A DNA stretch of 64,000 nucleotides from Carcharhinus amblyrhynchos (lineage: Eukaryota), in NCBI GenBank assembly GCA_965287045.1, contig OZ336878.1, positions 26,350,001-26,414,000 of the forward strand, read 5' to 3'. The translations under genes and the position numbers were made by a program. Shown piece after piece: positions 50,490 to 64,000 of the stretch. The stretch's first letter is position 1. The number at the start of each line of letters is the position of its first letter. The notes below the pieces were generated by a model that was not told the origin of the DNA, did no database searches, and worked only from the letters and a program-made list of their open reading frames with translations.

Positions 50490-51495
50490 CAATATCAAAC
50501 TTAAAGAAAAAGCATATAATTGCACAAGGACAGGTGATAGGTCAGAAGGCTGGACAGAAGAAAAAAAGCAGCAAAAAAAAGGCAACAAGATTAATAGAGG
50601 ATAAATTTGAGTATGAGACAAAGATGGCTAGAAATATAAAGACAGATATCAAGAACTTCTACTGATATTTAAATAAGAAAAGAGCAACAAAGTGAATATT
50701 GGTCTTGTAGAAATTGATAGTGGGGAATTGATAGGGGAAAGTGGAGAGATGGTGGGTGAATTGAACAGGTATTTTGCATCAGAGGAATCTGGATGTCCTA
50801 GTGCGTGGATCACAAAAAATAGAATGCATCAGTAATTAGGAAAGGTAATAGAATATGATCATTTATTGCAAGGGGAGTTGATACAAAAGTAAAGAGGTCA
50901 TGCTTCAGTGGAAAGGAAACTGGTGAGACAACATTGGGAGTACTGTGTACAGTATTTGTCTTCTTATTCAAGGGAAAATGTAAATGTGTTAGAAGCAGTT
51001 AAGAGAAGGTTTACTAAATCAATACCTGGAATGGTGGGGATTTTTTTGTGGAAAGGTTGGACAGGTTACTCTTGTATTCACTGGAGTTTAGAAGTGTAAA
51101 AGACACCAAGACTGTAAACTTTAAGATCCTGATGTGTCTTGACAGGGTGAATGTGGAGAGGGTTTTTCCTCTTGTGGAAAAAGACAGAACTAGAGTGTCA
51201 GTTTAAAAATAAAGGGTCACCCATTTAAGACAGAGAAGAAGAGAATTTATTTCTCTCAGAAGGTGATTGTAAGCCTTTGGAACTCCCTCAGAAGGAAGTG
51301 GAAGCAGAGTCCTTGAATATTTTTAAGGCAGGGCTGGATAGAATCTTGATTAACAAGGGGTGAAAGGTTATTGAGGAGAAGTGGGAAAGTGGAGTTGAAT
51401 GTGATCTGAATCAGATCAGCCATAAGCTCACTGAATGGCAGAGCAGGTTTGCCGGACTGAGTGGCCTATTCTTGCTCCTAATTTGTATATTTGTA
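50490..51495 (+). mobile_element. CR1 LINE fragments (internally deleted)
   Basis: KFEYETKMARNIKTDIKNFY joined to LVRQHWEYCVQYLS..LEAVKRRFTKSIPGM and a CR1 tail. Confidence 0.88.
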
Positions 51496-52232
51496 TATTA
51501 CAAACATTTACCTGGATGGAAAAGCAGGCAGGTAATCTGCTCCATGCTTTGCATCTACAGTGCTTTCTAATTGGCCATGAGCTGTGTATGAGACAGTCGC
51601 TGGATGATGCTGGTTAGACAATGGCACAGCTGAGATCATGCAGTCTATGTAAACCGACAGAAAACTCAATCTCACCAATCTAATACACAATGTCATGAAA
51701 TTTGTGGCACTCTCATTTTGTAATTACTTATTAATGCTCTTATATTCTCCCTCATCAATAGAAACAATCAAACATTCTCAGGAGAGCTCTCTTACACTCA
51801 CAAAATTATGGTTAAAATGTAATGCATTAAGTTGTTTCGATACATGAAAACTGACAAGAAGATATTCTAGTAAAGGAATTAAAAAGGACATGACATGATA
51901 CTGTCCAGACCTTTTTATCTCACTTAAATTCGTTTCAACTCTAGTTCAGATCTAATCACAGAATTAAATCAGATCTCAGTGCACTAAAAATAGACTAACC
52001 ATTGCATTCACACCACAGGTTTTCCTCACACCAATGCCACGTAGTACTTGTTAATCCAGTATCAAGATCCGAACTGATTCCCAAGCATACAATACATAAG
52101 ATTTTAAGAATCAGATTGACTTCAAAATGAAGCAGAATGCAAGAAAATCATACTTCACCTATCTCCAGTGTTCAGTGCGATCTTGACTTTGGATTCAGTT
52201 TGAACTTACACTTTTAATTTCATCATCAATGT

Positions 52233-52523
52233 AAGTTTATTTATCAGTGCCACAACTCGGCTTACATTAGCACTACAATGAAGTTACCATGAAAATCCCC
52301 TAGACGCCACACTCTGGCACCTGTTCGGTTACACTGAGGGAGAATTTAACATGGCCAGTGCACCTAACCAGCACATCTTTTGGACTTGTGGGAAGAAACT
52401 GGAGCACCTAGAGGAAACCCACACAGACACCTGGAAAATGTGCAGACTCTACACAGTGACCCAAGCCAGAAATCAACTGGCACTGTGAGGCAACAATGCT
52501 AATCACTGTGGCACTGTGCTACC
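52233..52523 (-). mobile_element. HE1-like SINE, variant tail
   Basis: Matches 35313-35613. Confidence 0.88.
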
Positions 52524-54244
52524 GATGTAAAGTAAAGCAAAGTGGTGCAGTAACTATAATGCGAATGCACTGTAAGGCTTGCAATGAGATTCCTTTGCAG
52601 TGCCAGACTTATAATAGGAGTTAAAACGTTCCACTTTGCTCTAAACTTTGCTTCTCAAATTAAATAGCAAGTGCATCCTTTGACATTTATTTACAAGTTA
52701 AAAGATTGTATGCAATCTTATATGGATAATTTACAAATACTAAGGATAAGAAATTAAGACCAAAGAGCAAATTAGTAAATTGAAACTATAAATAACCAGT
52801 GCAAAGTTGCAGAGCAATACTAGCTTTCACTGTAAAGATTAAATCAGAACTCAGTACTCCAGAGGCTGATCTGTGCATGTACAATGCATGTAACAATTCT
52901 ATGATACAGTAAGTTGAACATTGAGTGAATTGGCTTCATTTTCAGACCAATCCTATTGTAAATCTAATATTGACATGGAAGTTGATTCCAAAGCATGCTG
53001 TAACTTGGACCACCTGACAATGGATATTTTAAGAATAGGTTAGACTGAAAGAATAAAATACTTCTTGAGGAATTATATTCCTCTGCTGCTGGAGGAGAAA
53101 AGGATATTATCTCATTCACTAACGTTCTGATCAAAGCGAAACTCCCCACTATCCAGTGCTACAGTGTTGGCCAGCACCAAATCACTTTGTAGCTATTTAT
53201 CACATCTCGCATATTCTCTCTGTGATATCTATCACCTAACCATAGTCCACATTGTATCTTTTTATTCAATGGTTTGTTGTACAGCTGTTTGTCTAAACTC
53301 ATATTACCCCTTTGAGTAGTTTTGGATCTACTTTTTATATTGCCATTCACTCCATTATCTAATGCTATACTTGCAGTGCTTCTCTGCGCTGCTCTGATTT
53401 CCTGTGCTAAACTCCTCCACTTCTCTCTCCACTGCTGCTGCCATGAAATTGCCTATCCAGCTCAACACTGATGTGCTGAGCAGCATTTCTATATGCTTGG
53501 CCATTATAGTTTCATATTGTCTATCTTTACTCAACTGTCTCAAATCACTTTAATCTGGTGACAGCATCTCTTTAAGGCAGCTGGATAAAGTTACATTGAA
53601 AAGGGCAGATATTTTAAAGTCAATGCAATCAAAATCCAATAGAATTTTAAACAATGATCATTATTGTATTCAAAATAGTCATGTAACTCAGATGCCATTA
53701 CTTATGCTTCAATGTTATTTTATTCTGTAACTCCGCCTTCAGTAAAAGCAAAATGAAATCTGTGGAGAATAGTTCCAGTAGGTTTTGCATGCATACATCC
53801 GTGTTTACATATCTATCTATATATATATCCATCTATATCTATATCTATATATATGTCTATATGACATACATAATTATCTTTTTAATGAATATATCTCATG
53901 TTTTGGAGATAATCTCAAACTATTCATCTTTTCTGCAGTGTGACTGTAATTTATTCCTCAATTTACACCTGGTGTAATCTAGTGACGTGTTATTTTGTGC
54001 CGGATTTTCCCCAATTGATGTTTATGTTTTTTGTTTCAAGAAGGCTCCACCGGGCTAAATGTTGCCATTTTGCACTTGCCTGAGTCAGCCAGTCTAGAGC
54101 TGGGTAAAGTTAATACTGCTGGATTCCACTCAAATGTGTCCATGAAGCATCCATATGGGGAGAAATTTATTTTGGAAGAAGTCCTTAAAGCTTTTCATAG
54201 AATCAATTGTAAAATAATTAAGCACAGAAGGAAAGCGATTGGTT

Positions 54245-55250
54245 CAATGTGTCTATGACGGCATTTTGAAAGAGCTATCCAATTGGCTCCAATCCCTGGC
54301 CCTTCCCCATCGCCCTACAAATACCTTGCCATTCATTTATTTACAGAATTCCCTTTTGAAAGTTACTATTGAATTTGCTTTCACTATCCTTTTAAAAGCA
54401 ATGTTTTCTAGTTCAATAGAACATAATGCATTTTTTCCTTATGCCGCTTCTAGTTCTTTTGCTACTTACCATCAACCTGCATTCTTCAGTTACTATCCCT
54501 CCTGTCACTGAGAAGAGTTTTACTTTACTTACTGTATCAAAACATGTCATGATTTTGAACACCTCTATTAAATCTCCCATGTTTTCTAAGCAGAGCAATT
54601 CAGTTTCTCCAGGCTCTCCACGTAACTGAACTCATGTATCCCTGATATCCATTCTCGGCACACTCTCAGTGGTTCAATGGGTAATATTCTTGCTTGAGTC
54701 AGAAGGTGGAAGATTCAAGCCTCACTCTAGAGACCTGAGCACAAAAATCTAGGCTATTCTATTCCAGTACAGAGGGAGTGCTGTACTGTTGGGGATGCTG
54801 CCATTCAGATGGGAAATTAAATCAAAGTAGATGTAAAAGATTCCTTGGCTCTATTTCAAAGAAAATTAGAGGAGTCCTCATTGATTCCTTGGCCAATGGC
54901 CCTTGAAAATAATTAAGATGATTATCTGGTCATTATCACATTAGTGTTTGTGATATTATAGTATGTGCAAACTAGCTGCCAATTTTCCTATATACAACAC
55001 TTGAAAAATACTTCATCAGTTGTAACTGCTTTGCAATGTCTTGAGTTTGCGAAGGATGCTGTATAAATCGAAATCTTTCTTTCATAACATCCTTCCTAAA
55101 GTGTGGTGTACTGCAGGTGAGCCTCAACAGCATTCTATAAAAGTTTAGTATCATTTTCTTGCCTTTATACTCTTGCCTATACTTATACGATCAAGGATTC
55201 CATACATGTCTTTTTCACAGCTTTCTCAACTCATCCTGTCACCTTCAAAC
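54245..55250 (-). mobile_element. Decayed CR1 3' end interrupted by a Deu-domain SINE
   Basis: GDLIEVFKIMTCFDTVSKVKLF and LNFYRMLLR..PHFRKDV on the minus strand. Confidence 0.8.
54660..55083 (+). mobile_element. Deu-domain SINE (SacSINE1/AmnSINE1-related)
   Basis: tRNA-like head, central GAGGGAGTGCTGTACTGTTGGGGATGCTGCCATTCAGATG resembling the Deu domain, tail ..gctgtataaatcgaaatctttctttc. A reverse tail copy is at ~42357-42440. Confidence 0.7.
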
Positions 55251-55937
55251 ATTATGGCTGGGATTTTCTGACACTGCCCATGGCAGGACCCACACTGGGG
55301 GATGTGGCAGGTCAGCCAAAGACCCATTGACTTTTGACAGGACAGGATGATCCCAGTGGCAAGCAAGGCCCAAGAATCCTGCCCTGTGTACATACATCCA
55401 CAAGTCTCTTAGCTCCTATACTCCCTTTAAAATATGCTTCATCTTTAAAGAAAGGTTTAAAAGAAAAACTCTTGTTAGGCACTCTAAAGGGCTGAAATTA
55501 GTTTCCTGCAGTAAGATATGCCATCAAACTGTAAGGTCAAGGAATAAGGACTATTGTAGGTTCATCCTTGCCTCATCATCATCATGGAGGTGAAATGTAA
55601 GTAATAATTAAACACTTCCATGCAACTCCTCTCTCGAGGCGAAACCAATTGGGCAGCGCTGAGAACCAGAAGAACATCTGAGGGGTTAGGAAGACTGGGT
55701 GGAGGGGTTCAGGTGATTGTGGAGTGAGGGGTGAGGCTGGGCAAACAGCAGTCTGCAGTTGTTTGGTGGAAGAAAGGAGGAGTCCTCCTGTTTTTTCTGC
55801 TTCCAATAAAATAATCGCAGGAGGTGCTGGGGGCTTCTTTTGTGCAACCTTCATCAGATTCTTTTAAAATGGTTGATTAAGCAAGTTAAGACAAGGACAT
55901 ATTGATGAGACCTTTAAAGTTCACATCTTGATTCAAA

Positions 55938-56248
55938 TCACAGAATCCCTCCTGCGTAGAATGAGACCATTCCATTCATCAAATCTGCACTGACAACAAT
56001 CCCACCCAAGCCCTATCCCTGTAACCCCAAATATTTACCCTGACACCAAGTGATAACTTAGCATGGCCAATCAATCCAACTTGCACATCTTTGGTCAATG
56101 GGGGGAAACCGGAGCACTTGGAGAAAACCCACGCAGACACAGAGAAAATGTGCAAACTCCACACAGGCAGTTACCCAAGGCTAGAATCAAACCTGGGTCC
56201 TCAGTGCTGTGAAACAGCATCGCTAACCACTCTGCCACCATGCTGCCC
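55938..56248 (-). mobile_element. HE1/V-SINE-like SINE
   Basis: Same head, core and tail as the other copies. Confidence 0.9.
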
Positions 56249-56564
56249 TCAAACCTAAACAAATTTAGGAATCTGAATTGGAAACCTGTCCAGGTGCTCT
56301 TGCTCATTGCAATATTTCTATAAGGCCTGTCCTTATATTTGGCTGCCCTAAAGATACTGGCCAATTAGAAGAGATACAAATGCCAATGGCAATCCCCTAA
56401 CCAAGCTTTTTGTTCTGATATAACTAGAAAGGACTGCCTAGAGTTCACTGTAGATATTTGTAATTACACTGGCTTTGACAAAATATTGTGAAGTTGCGTA
56501 ATGCAATAGATAAAATAGATAAAACCTGGTAGAAAGAATTGTTCAGTACCAAGCTGCATTGCAA

Positions 56565-56852
56565 ATAATAATCAAGAACCCCACATACCCTGTACATACC
56601 CTTTTCCACCTTCTTCCCTCAGGAAAAAGATACAAAAGTCTGAGGTCACGTACCAACCGACTCAAGAACAACTTTTTCCCTGCTGCCATCAGACTTTTGA
56701 ATGGACTTATATAAAGTTGACCTTTTTCTGCACCCTAACTATGACTGCAACACTACATTCTGCATCGTCCCCAATCCTTCCCTATGTATGGTATGCTTTG
56801 CCTGTGCAAGAAACAATACTTTTCACTGTATACCAATGCATGAGACAATAAT
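56565..56852 (+). mobile_element. Rex1/Babar-type LINE 3' end
   Basis: FHLLPSGKRYKSLRSRTNRLKNNFFPAAIRLLN. Confidence 0.85.
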
Positions 56853-59090
56853 ATGTAGCATCTAACCAATATGTAGCTAGTCAAGGCAAGTAATCAATAT
56901 TACTAGAAAGACAAGTTTTATAATAGAAAAGAAAAAGTTTGGAATATTTTACAGAGCATTTAATTTCAATGTAATGGCCTAACATGACATGACCAATCAG
57001 CTACATTATTGATGGTAGAACCTACAAGGACTGTAACAAAGAGAAGATATCTGCAGGCAACAGCTTACCTTGCTTTTAGAGTCAGGAGAGCTTGGAGCTT
57101 TGTTATTAATCAACAACAATGCAACATGCATTAGCCTCTTGTTGGAACTGATCAAGAATGCAAGTTGTTGTGAGGAGATTCTTTCTGAATTAGGTGTCTG
57201 TAAGAACACCTTTTAGGGCAAGACAATTAAAGCTACAACCACTGGAACACATAAAACCTCTAAACTCTAAGACTGACTCTGAGTCCAGCTCAATCCTATT
57301 TATGCTTATATTTACTGTTCTTTACATCGACTTGTTTGGAATTTGAAAAGGTGGTTATTAGCAGTTATGCCATTGTTAAAACTAACCTTTTGGGAATCTG
57401 GATTTAAGCTGTGTAGATGACCTCTGAGATTTAATATTACATGCTGTAGTAGCCCAAAAAGACTAAAAATGATGTTATCCCTTGTCTAGAGATTCACTGA
57501 TTGGATCATTAAATTGAGGAGCGAGTAAAGGTCATAATGATATGGAGCTGAGTGAATAATTTCACCCTTGCTCTGAATGTGAATAACTTTAATGTAAATT
57601 ACAAGAAAAAAGGATATGATAGAATTTTTTTTAACTCTTATCAAGTTAATAAAGAGCTGGTTAGTGCTGTGAACTTGAACATTCATCTTTGGACCTTGAA
57701 CTAAAACCTTGGCAGTCTAATCAGCTAAAATTTGCTTCTCTGTAAGGATTATAAAACTTGTTAGTAAAATTATTTAGTGGCATCAGCATTTCATTTGAAA
57801 TGGTTCATTCAACCATTTCTGGTTGACATGGTCAACCAGGCCAAACCTAGCCACAATCCGATAGAAGTCAACTCCAAACTAGAACCCCAATTTGGAGATT
57901 TTAAGAATGAACCTTGTGAGAATTAAAATGTAATACTTTGGAACTCTACCACCTTGCCCACCTCGGAACCAGCACAGCCAATAGTCTAACAACGGGAATC
58001 GTTGTTAACCTCAGGCGGGAATTTCTGGCCTTGCTCGAGTGAAGCTGCAAAATCCCACCAAGTTTGAGTAAAGGATATTTCCTGATAGTGGGCACCAATA
58101 TGTGTTGTTGGGGCAATGTAGATGGTAGTTTATGTTGCCTTGTGCCATTGTTGCCCTGGAAGCACATTTTCCCTGATGTTTAGAACACAAACATTGCAAT
58201 GTTCTAGTCTCAATTCCAGCATTATGTATCTTGTTTGACACAAAAATGCATTAAAAAGAAAGCATTGAGTAATTAAAAATTAAGTATGAAAGGAACATTC
58301 CAAATGTTCTATCAAAAATAGGGGGTGTTTAGCTGGTTAGCATGTTGATGCACCCTACCTTTGTAAATACGATTTATAGATTATCTGAATTTAAGGCATT
58401 TTGTTGATTAGGGCCTCTGAATTATGTTGCCATTTGCTTTACTTGCTATTAGGTTAGGGGGAAAAGCTAACCTTTATTCCTTTTCCAGGTCTGCTCTATC
58501 CAAACCAGCCAAATATGAAACATATGAACCAGAGTGGAAATAGAACTTCTTCAATTTCACCAAATTAAGATCCTATTCATTGAGAATTTCACTTCTTAGC
58601 CTCTTATTTAAAATTTGGTTAAGAACCTTGAGTAGAATACCTTCACACGTTGTTCTGGTCACATGGTAATAATGGCACTCAGCATGGGTCATGTGAAATA
58701 CATGTCCACTGACTTGCCAGGATTTGATCACATGTTTAATTCAATAGTTATTAAGCAAGTAACTAATTGCTTGACTTTTAAATGGCAAGAAGTAGCTTCT
58801 TAAAATGCTTCAAGTATTACATGAATTGAAGGTATATTGACTGATATCAATGGATTTCTAACTGACTAAAATAACAAGAAATTGTGTTAACACATCTGTT
58901 TGAATGGGATTCCTTGGTCTGCTATGTATTGCTAATACTGACATCATGATATCAACCCTAAAGTTATACTATGAATACAAAATCATCTTGAATATATTCC
59001 CCATGGATGCTATATCAAGCAAACCAAACAATTAGATCATAAACTGTACTTAATGCATTGAGTCTAAAAATTCTAGCCATTCTTTGATAA

Positions 59091-59318
<228 letters not shown>

Positions 59319-59399
59319 TGAGTTTTTATTTTCTCTTTTTCTGAATACACTTATGCTGGATTCAGAAAGTCAATGCAAAGTTGTCAAATTTGTGAATGA

Positions 59400-61560
59400 T
59401 AACAAACAAGAAGTGGCAGCAATATTAGAAGAAGCAACTTCAGAATTACAGACTGAGTTGGACAAAATGTGGGCAGAAAATTAGGAAGCAAAATCTAACA
59501 TGGAAGATTAAAGTTCTGCACATAGGAAAGAAAATCAAGCAAGATGTTGAAATAAATAGGAACAATGCAAAAAAAAATATTGGCACAACATGCTTCATGA
59601 ATGCAGCATTCATGAATGCAGATCAACAAAATTAACAGAATATAGAACACAGAAAATAGCTAAATCAATAGATCACAAGGAGTCCTGTAGTATTCCAAAT
59701 CAGACTGTACCTCGAGTACAGTCCTATTACTTATCACAAGTTATTACTGTGTTATTACTTATTACAAATGAGTAATTCAGTTATAAGTAATAGGATATGA
59801 AAGAAAGATTAAAACACTGAAGAGACATAAGGTGATGTTTACTGTCAAACGTCTGAGTTAATGAAGAAAGTCTGAAGAACACCTGGCTTCACAGAACTGA
59901 AAAGGAGGCACTTGAGAAATGATCCTATACAGACACCTGAGATAGTTAAGAGAATTTGACAAATCTAGAGAGCAGTCAATACCAACATAGAATCAAAATT
60001 TAAACTTAAACCTTTAACTCTATTAAACTTTCCTAATAAAAAATCCCTAAAATCAAAAGAAAGGTACACATTAAAACAAAGCCATGATGTTTTCTGGTCA
60101 TGTGCAAGGTCAAATCATACTTAAGAAAAAGTACTTTTGCATGCTACAACAAAATAGCCCTCAGAAAAACAAGACATAGACATTAAGCTCAGTTAAACAA
60201 AAGCTGTTATCAGAGCAGCCAAAACGTCATTGGGGAAGTGGATGGTGGATAGCTGTACTATCAATGGCAAAATCATTTTCAGCTGTCCTAGGAAACCAAG
60301 AGCCATATTAAGGATTACATAAAACATTGAAGAGTTTCTTAGGCAGATTAAGACGGACAGTCAGGATTGGTATAGGTTTTAAATTACTATTTAAATCATT
60401 ATTTTTCACTTCAGCACATGATTCTCCAATAATGCAATGCACCATTGACTCTAAAGTTGAACATCTCAAAATGGATGTGGACATAATCTTGTATAGAAAA
60501 AGCAGTCTCGAAACAGTTTGGGCTGTTGGACAACAGATCCACTATTGCCTGCTTTATAATGCCATTGATATTACTTTTTATCCCCATCGTCAAAGACAAT
60601 AGGAGAGATTCTCAACATAGTCTCTGGATAAGGAGGTTATGGCTTATCAATCAATTGAATTTTGAGGAGTTAATTAAGTAGAAAAATAAAGGTAGCCCAG
60701 TTGTTTTGACAAGGTACCACAGAATAGGCTACTCAGAAATAGTGCAACTGGTAGGGGAACTTGTGTTAAATAAGGAATTAGTTACATTCTCATAAGCAAC
60801 AGTTTATGGTAGAGATTATCCATGGAGAGCAGCATGGATTGGTGCTAAAACCATTGATGGTCATAATCATTATTAATAGTTTGATGAAGACTGATTGCAA
60901 CTACCTACAAGTTCATAACTGATAAAAAGATTTGAAAAAGTATTGAAACTTTGCATGAGAATAAATTATGACAATCAGATCTAGATGGGATGGGACATGT
61001 GTCAGGAAAATGTTATTTAATATAGGTAAAGGTATTTACTCAATGTATAGGGCTCATGTCAAGCAGGTGACTATCATACATAGTTCTGAGCTGAAGTCTG
61101 TTTAAGGGTAAAGAAGTCTACATGTCACAGTCCAGGAATGTCTCAAGATTCATAGCCAGTGCCATGAACCAAACAGTATGAGGATACATGGTTAGTCTGA
61201 CCAAATATAAAATCAAAAAAAGCATTCTACAGTTATATAAAAGGCATTTTCCAGACACATTTCCCATCCCATCTAGATCTGATCATCATTGGAACAGGCT
61301 TGCTGATCCAGCTGGTCTTTTCTTGTTAATTTTTAGCTAAACTCAGAATATTGCTTTAAGGTAACCAGCAACAGCTGGGAAAAATGACATGGATTCAAAC
61401 TAATAATAGGTACACTTACAAAATTATTCCTTCAACAAAAAGTGATCAACATACAGAATAGACTTCTGGGAAAAGAAGCAGAGATGAAAACCCTGGAATT
61501 AAACAAGAAGTAATCCAATAATGAAATATTGAGGGACTAATATCTCTCTAGGTAGATGAA
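59400..61560 (+). mobile_element. Patchwork of very old CR1-like fragments
   Basis: Remnants such as gtacctcgagtac, gaaaaggaggcacttgagaaatgatc, ttttgacaaggtaccacagaataggcta. Confidence 0.5.
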
Positions 61561-61949
61561 CTCAATGGCTATAATAGTCTTTCTCAACTGGAATTACCAC
61601 ATGAATTGCAATTTGAGCTGAACAAGTCATGACTGCAAAACTGGTTTTAATTTTTAGAACTGGCAGCTAGTGGGTGGTAGATGATCAGCTGACCGTTTGT
61701 ACACCCCATGACATTTTCCTTTCAGCATTTCAAGTTTCAGGGGACAAAGGCATGTATGTGGATTTCATTGGCATTTGGGCAGAGGTAGGAGTAGAGACAG
61801 CAATGTTAATGAAGGTGAATGCAGGGTCTTTGAGATGGAAAAGGCAAGGAATTGGAAGCTCTGTACTGAATTATACATGATACTGACAAGGATAAAGGAT
61901 CCTTGTTGGTAACAAGGCTATGGTGTTTGTAGCAGGGCTGAAGTAAAGG

Positions 61950-62880
61950 AGTGGATGAACAAATGATTCATTCAAGTTTAGATATTAGACAGTCGGACAG
62001 TTCGTGTGCAGAGGAAGATGGTGAGCAGCTAGAACTGGCATCAGCATTAGAGCTTGAAGCTGACTCCATGTTTGGTAGATAATGTTGCCAAGTGCAGCCT
62101 TTGGGAGGGAAAAGAAAGAGCCAAGGATGATAAGAGATGCCGCTGGTAGAGTCACACTTGCTATAATCAGACAGCTAAGAATGGAACCAACGAATGGACA
62201 ATAGGGAAAGAGACATTAACGGAGGATGGAGTGGTCACCCTTTCTGAAAATTGAGGTCAAAGAGGAAGAGGATGCAACACAGTCATGGGACATTTAATTC
62301 ACAAAATTGGTAAGAACCAATTCAGAGCTATGAAAGAAGTGGAAAGTACTTGGAGAAATTCAAATAGAAATTTGCAGAAGGTATGGATATGATCTGGAAG
62401 GTGACAATTAAGTCCATTGCTTTAGAGATGAAAGGGAATTTTGAGGCCAAATATGTCAAAGAGTACAGTGATGTAAAACCATTTGAAAGAGAGGGGGAAA
62501 TGTCTGAAGGGGAGAAACTTACAGTGCCAGCTAATATGGAGCAAGGAAACAAAGGTGTTTGGTCAGAACTTTGATGGGAATTATATCAAGGAAACATGAG
62601 TTAAATAAATTTCCATCGGGTAGGAAGGGGTGGCGAGAAACTAGAGATAGATTATGTAGGTAGAAAGATGATAATTCAGGGCTAAAGTGCAGTTGGGGAT
62701 GGGGTGAGTTTTAGCTTAGCAATTAAAAAAAGGAGGAAAACAGGAGCAGCTGAATGGATGAAGTCTACCAGGATAAAAAATGCATTCATTTCCTCACACA
62801 TTGTTAGAGATGAATGTGGAAGAAGCAGCAAATAGGGAAAAACTGGTAGAGAAGAGAAACCCATCAATATCTTTGCCTTA
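61950..62880 (-). mobile_element. Highly decayed L2-like LINE
   Basis: Minus strand near 62030-62100 resembles the L2 RT segment LG-II-KHGVSF..ADD; purine-skewed. Confidence 0.5.
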
Positions 62881-63500
62881 TAAACACCTGTTTATGTTTA
62901 ATACATGGGTATCTCTCATGGCAACTGATATGTGATGTTCCCTACACAGCAACTGTGCCAGAGGAACAAACACAGAAGCCATGCAGTGGGGATTTGAAGC
63001 TTTTTCCTGATCAGTCTAGGCACTGAACTTGTCTGTAAATTTTATTGTGAATGTATTAAATTAGGATCCCTTTGCGTGTCCAAGTGAATGTTGAAGGGGC
63101 AATGACATTATTCAAAAGAGAGTAAGAATGATTTTCTGTGCCCCGGCCAATATAGCACTCCCCCAAACCCCTACCCCACCATGTCAAAATTACCAAAAGA
63201 GATAATTATTAATCTTTCATCTAATTTACATCATCCTACAAGGCAAAGATATTTATCACTGGAAATCAATACGTCCATTCCACAGTTAACAAGATGTATT
63301 CTGTTATGTGCACCATTGAGAAATCTTGAAGGGAAGGGGCCTGAGAAATTTACAAGAAAATTGTTTCTCACCCACAAGGCAGAATAATGACCATTGTCAT
63401 TCACCCCCACCATGTTCAATAGAAGGGTCAATGCAATGCATAAACATCAACTTACAGAAATGAAGAGCTTCACCCCCAAATGTAATAAAATTTCCTCAGA

Positions 63501-63841
63501 CAACATAGTGGCACAATGGTTAGCACTGCTGCCTCACAGCACCAGGGGACTGGGTTCAATTCCAGCAACGGGTATCTGTCTGTGTGGGATTTGCACATTC
63601 TCCCCATGTCTGTGAGGGTTTCTTCTGGGTGCTTTGGTTTCCTCCCAAAGTCCTAAGATATGCAGATTAGGTGGATGGCCAAGCTAAATTGTTCTTTAGT
63701 ATCCCAAGATGTGTGGGTTAGATGGATTAGCTATAGTAAATGTGTAGGGCAGGGGAGAGGGCCTGGGTGAGTCGAAGAGTCGGTGCAGACTCGATGGGCC
63801 AAAAAGGCTTCCTACTGCATTGAAGAGATTCTATGATTCTA
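63501..63841 (+). mobile_element. HE1/V-SINE-like SINE
   Basis: GTGGCACAATGGTTAGCACTGCTGCCTCACAGC..GGGTTCAATTCC; tail attctatgattcta. Confidence 0.9.
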
Positions 63842-64000
63842 ATTTATCCCCAAGATATTATTGACTGAAAAGTTGTTGGTAGTGATTTGAATGTTTGACA
63901 AAATCAACTCCTGCTGCTGATCCTTACCCAACTCTGTCACTGGCCTTATTGGGAACAATAATCAATTCTCAATGGAAACAATTTCAACTCAATTTTTGTG

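Noticed and set aside
59594-59616. Perfect 11-bp-arm palindrome TTCATGAATGC-A-GCATTCATGAA
   Set aside because: Explained by a short duplication of a palindromic word inside a decayed LINE.

Overview
Vertebrate genomic DNA, most likely an elasmobranch (shark), judged from the repeat content: HE1/V-SINE-like and Deu-domain SINEs, CR1, Rex1/Babar, L2 and Penelope fragments. The only host coding sequence I can support is the first coding exon of the homeobox gene DMBX1 (+ strand, 59127-59280). The homeodomain exons lie beyond the window. Upstream, a CpG-retaining, transposon-poor block (~13-28 kb) holds candidate promoter(s), a candidate non-coding 5' exon ending in a perfect donor at 21856/21857, a CTCF motif and clusters of Otx/K50, TCF and Pbx-Hox sites. 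The rest is CpG-poor intronic or intergenic DNA with nested retroelement fragments. The most notable oddities are an initiator-tRNA-Met copy with an 81-nt tail flanked by a perfect 10-bp target-site duplication; several hammerhead-ribozyme-like motifs in Penelope-related repeats; two inverted arrays of a 36-bp minisatellite; a 45-bp local inverted duplication; and a duplicated TCF-type module. I found no clear novel multi-gene system. Repeat boundaries are approximate and family names come from recalled consensus features, not a database search.
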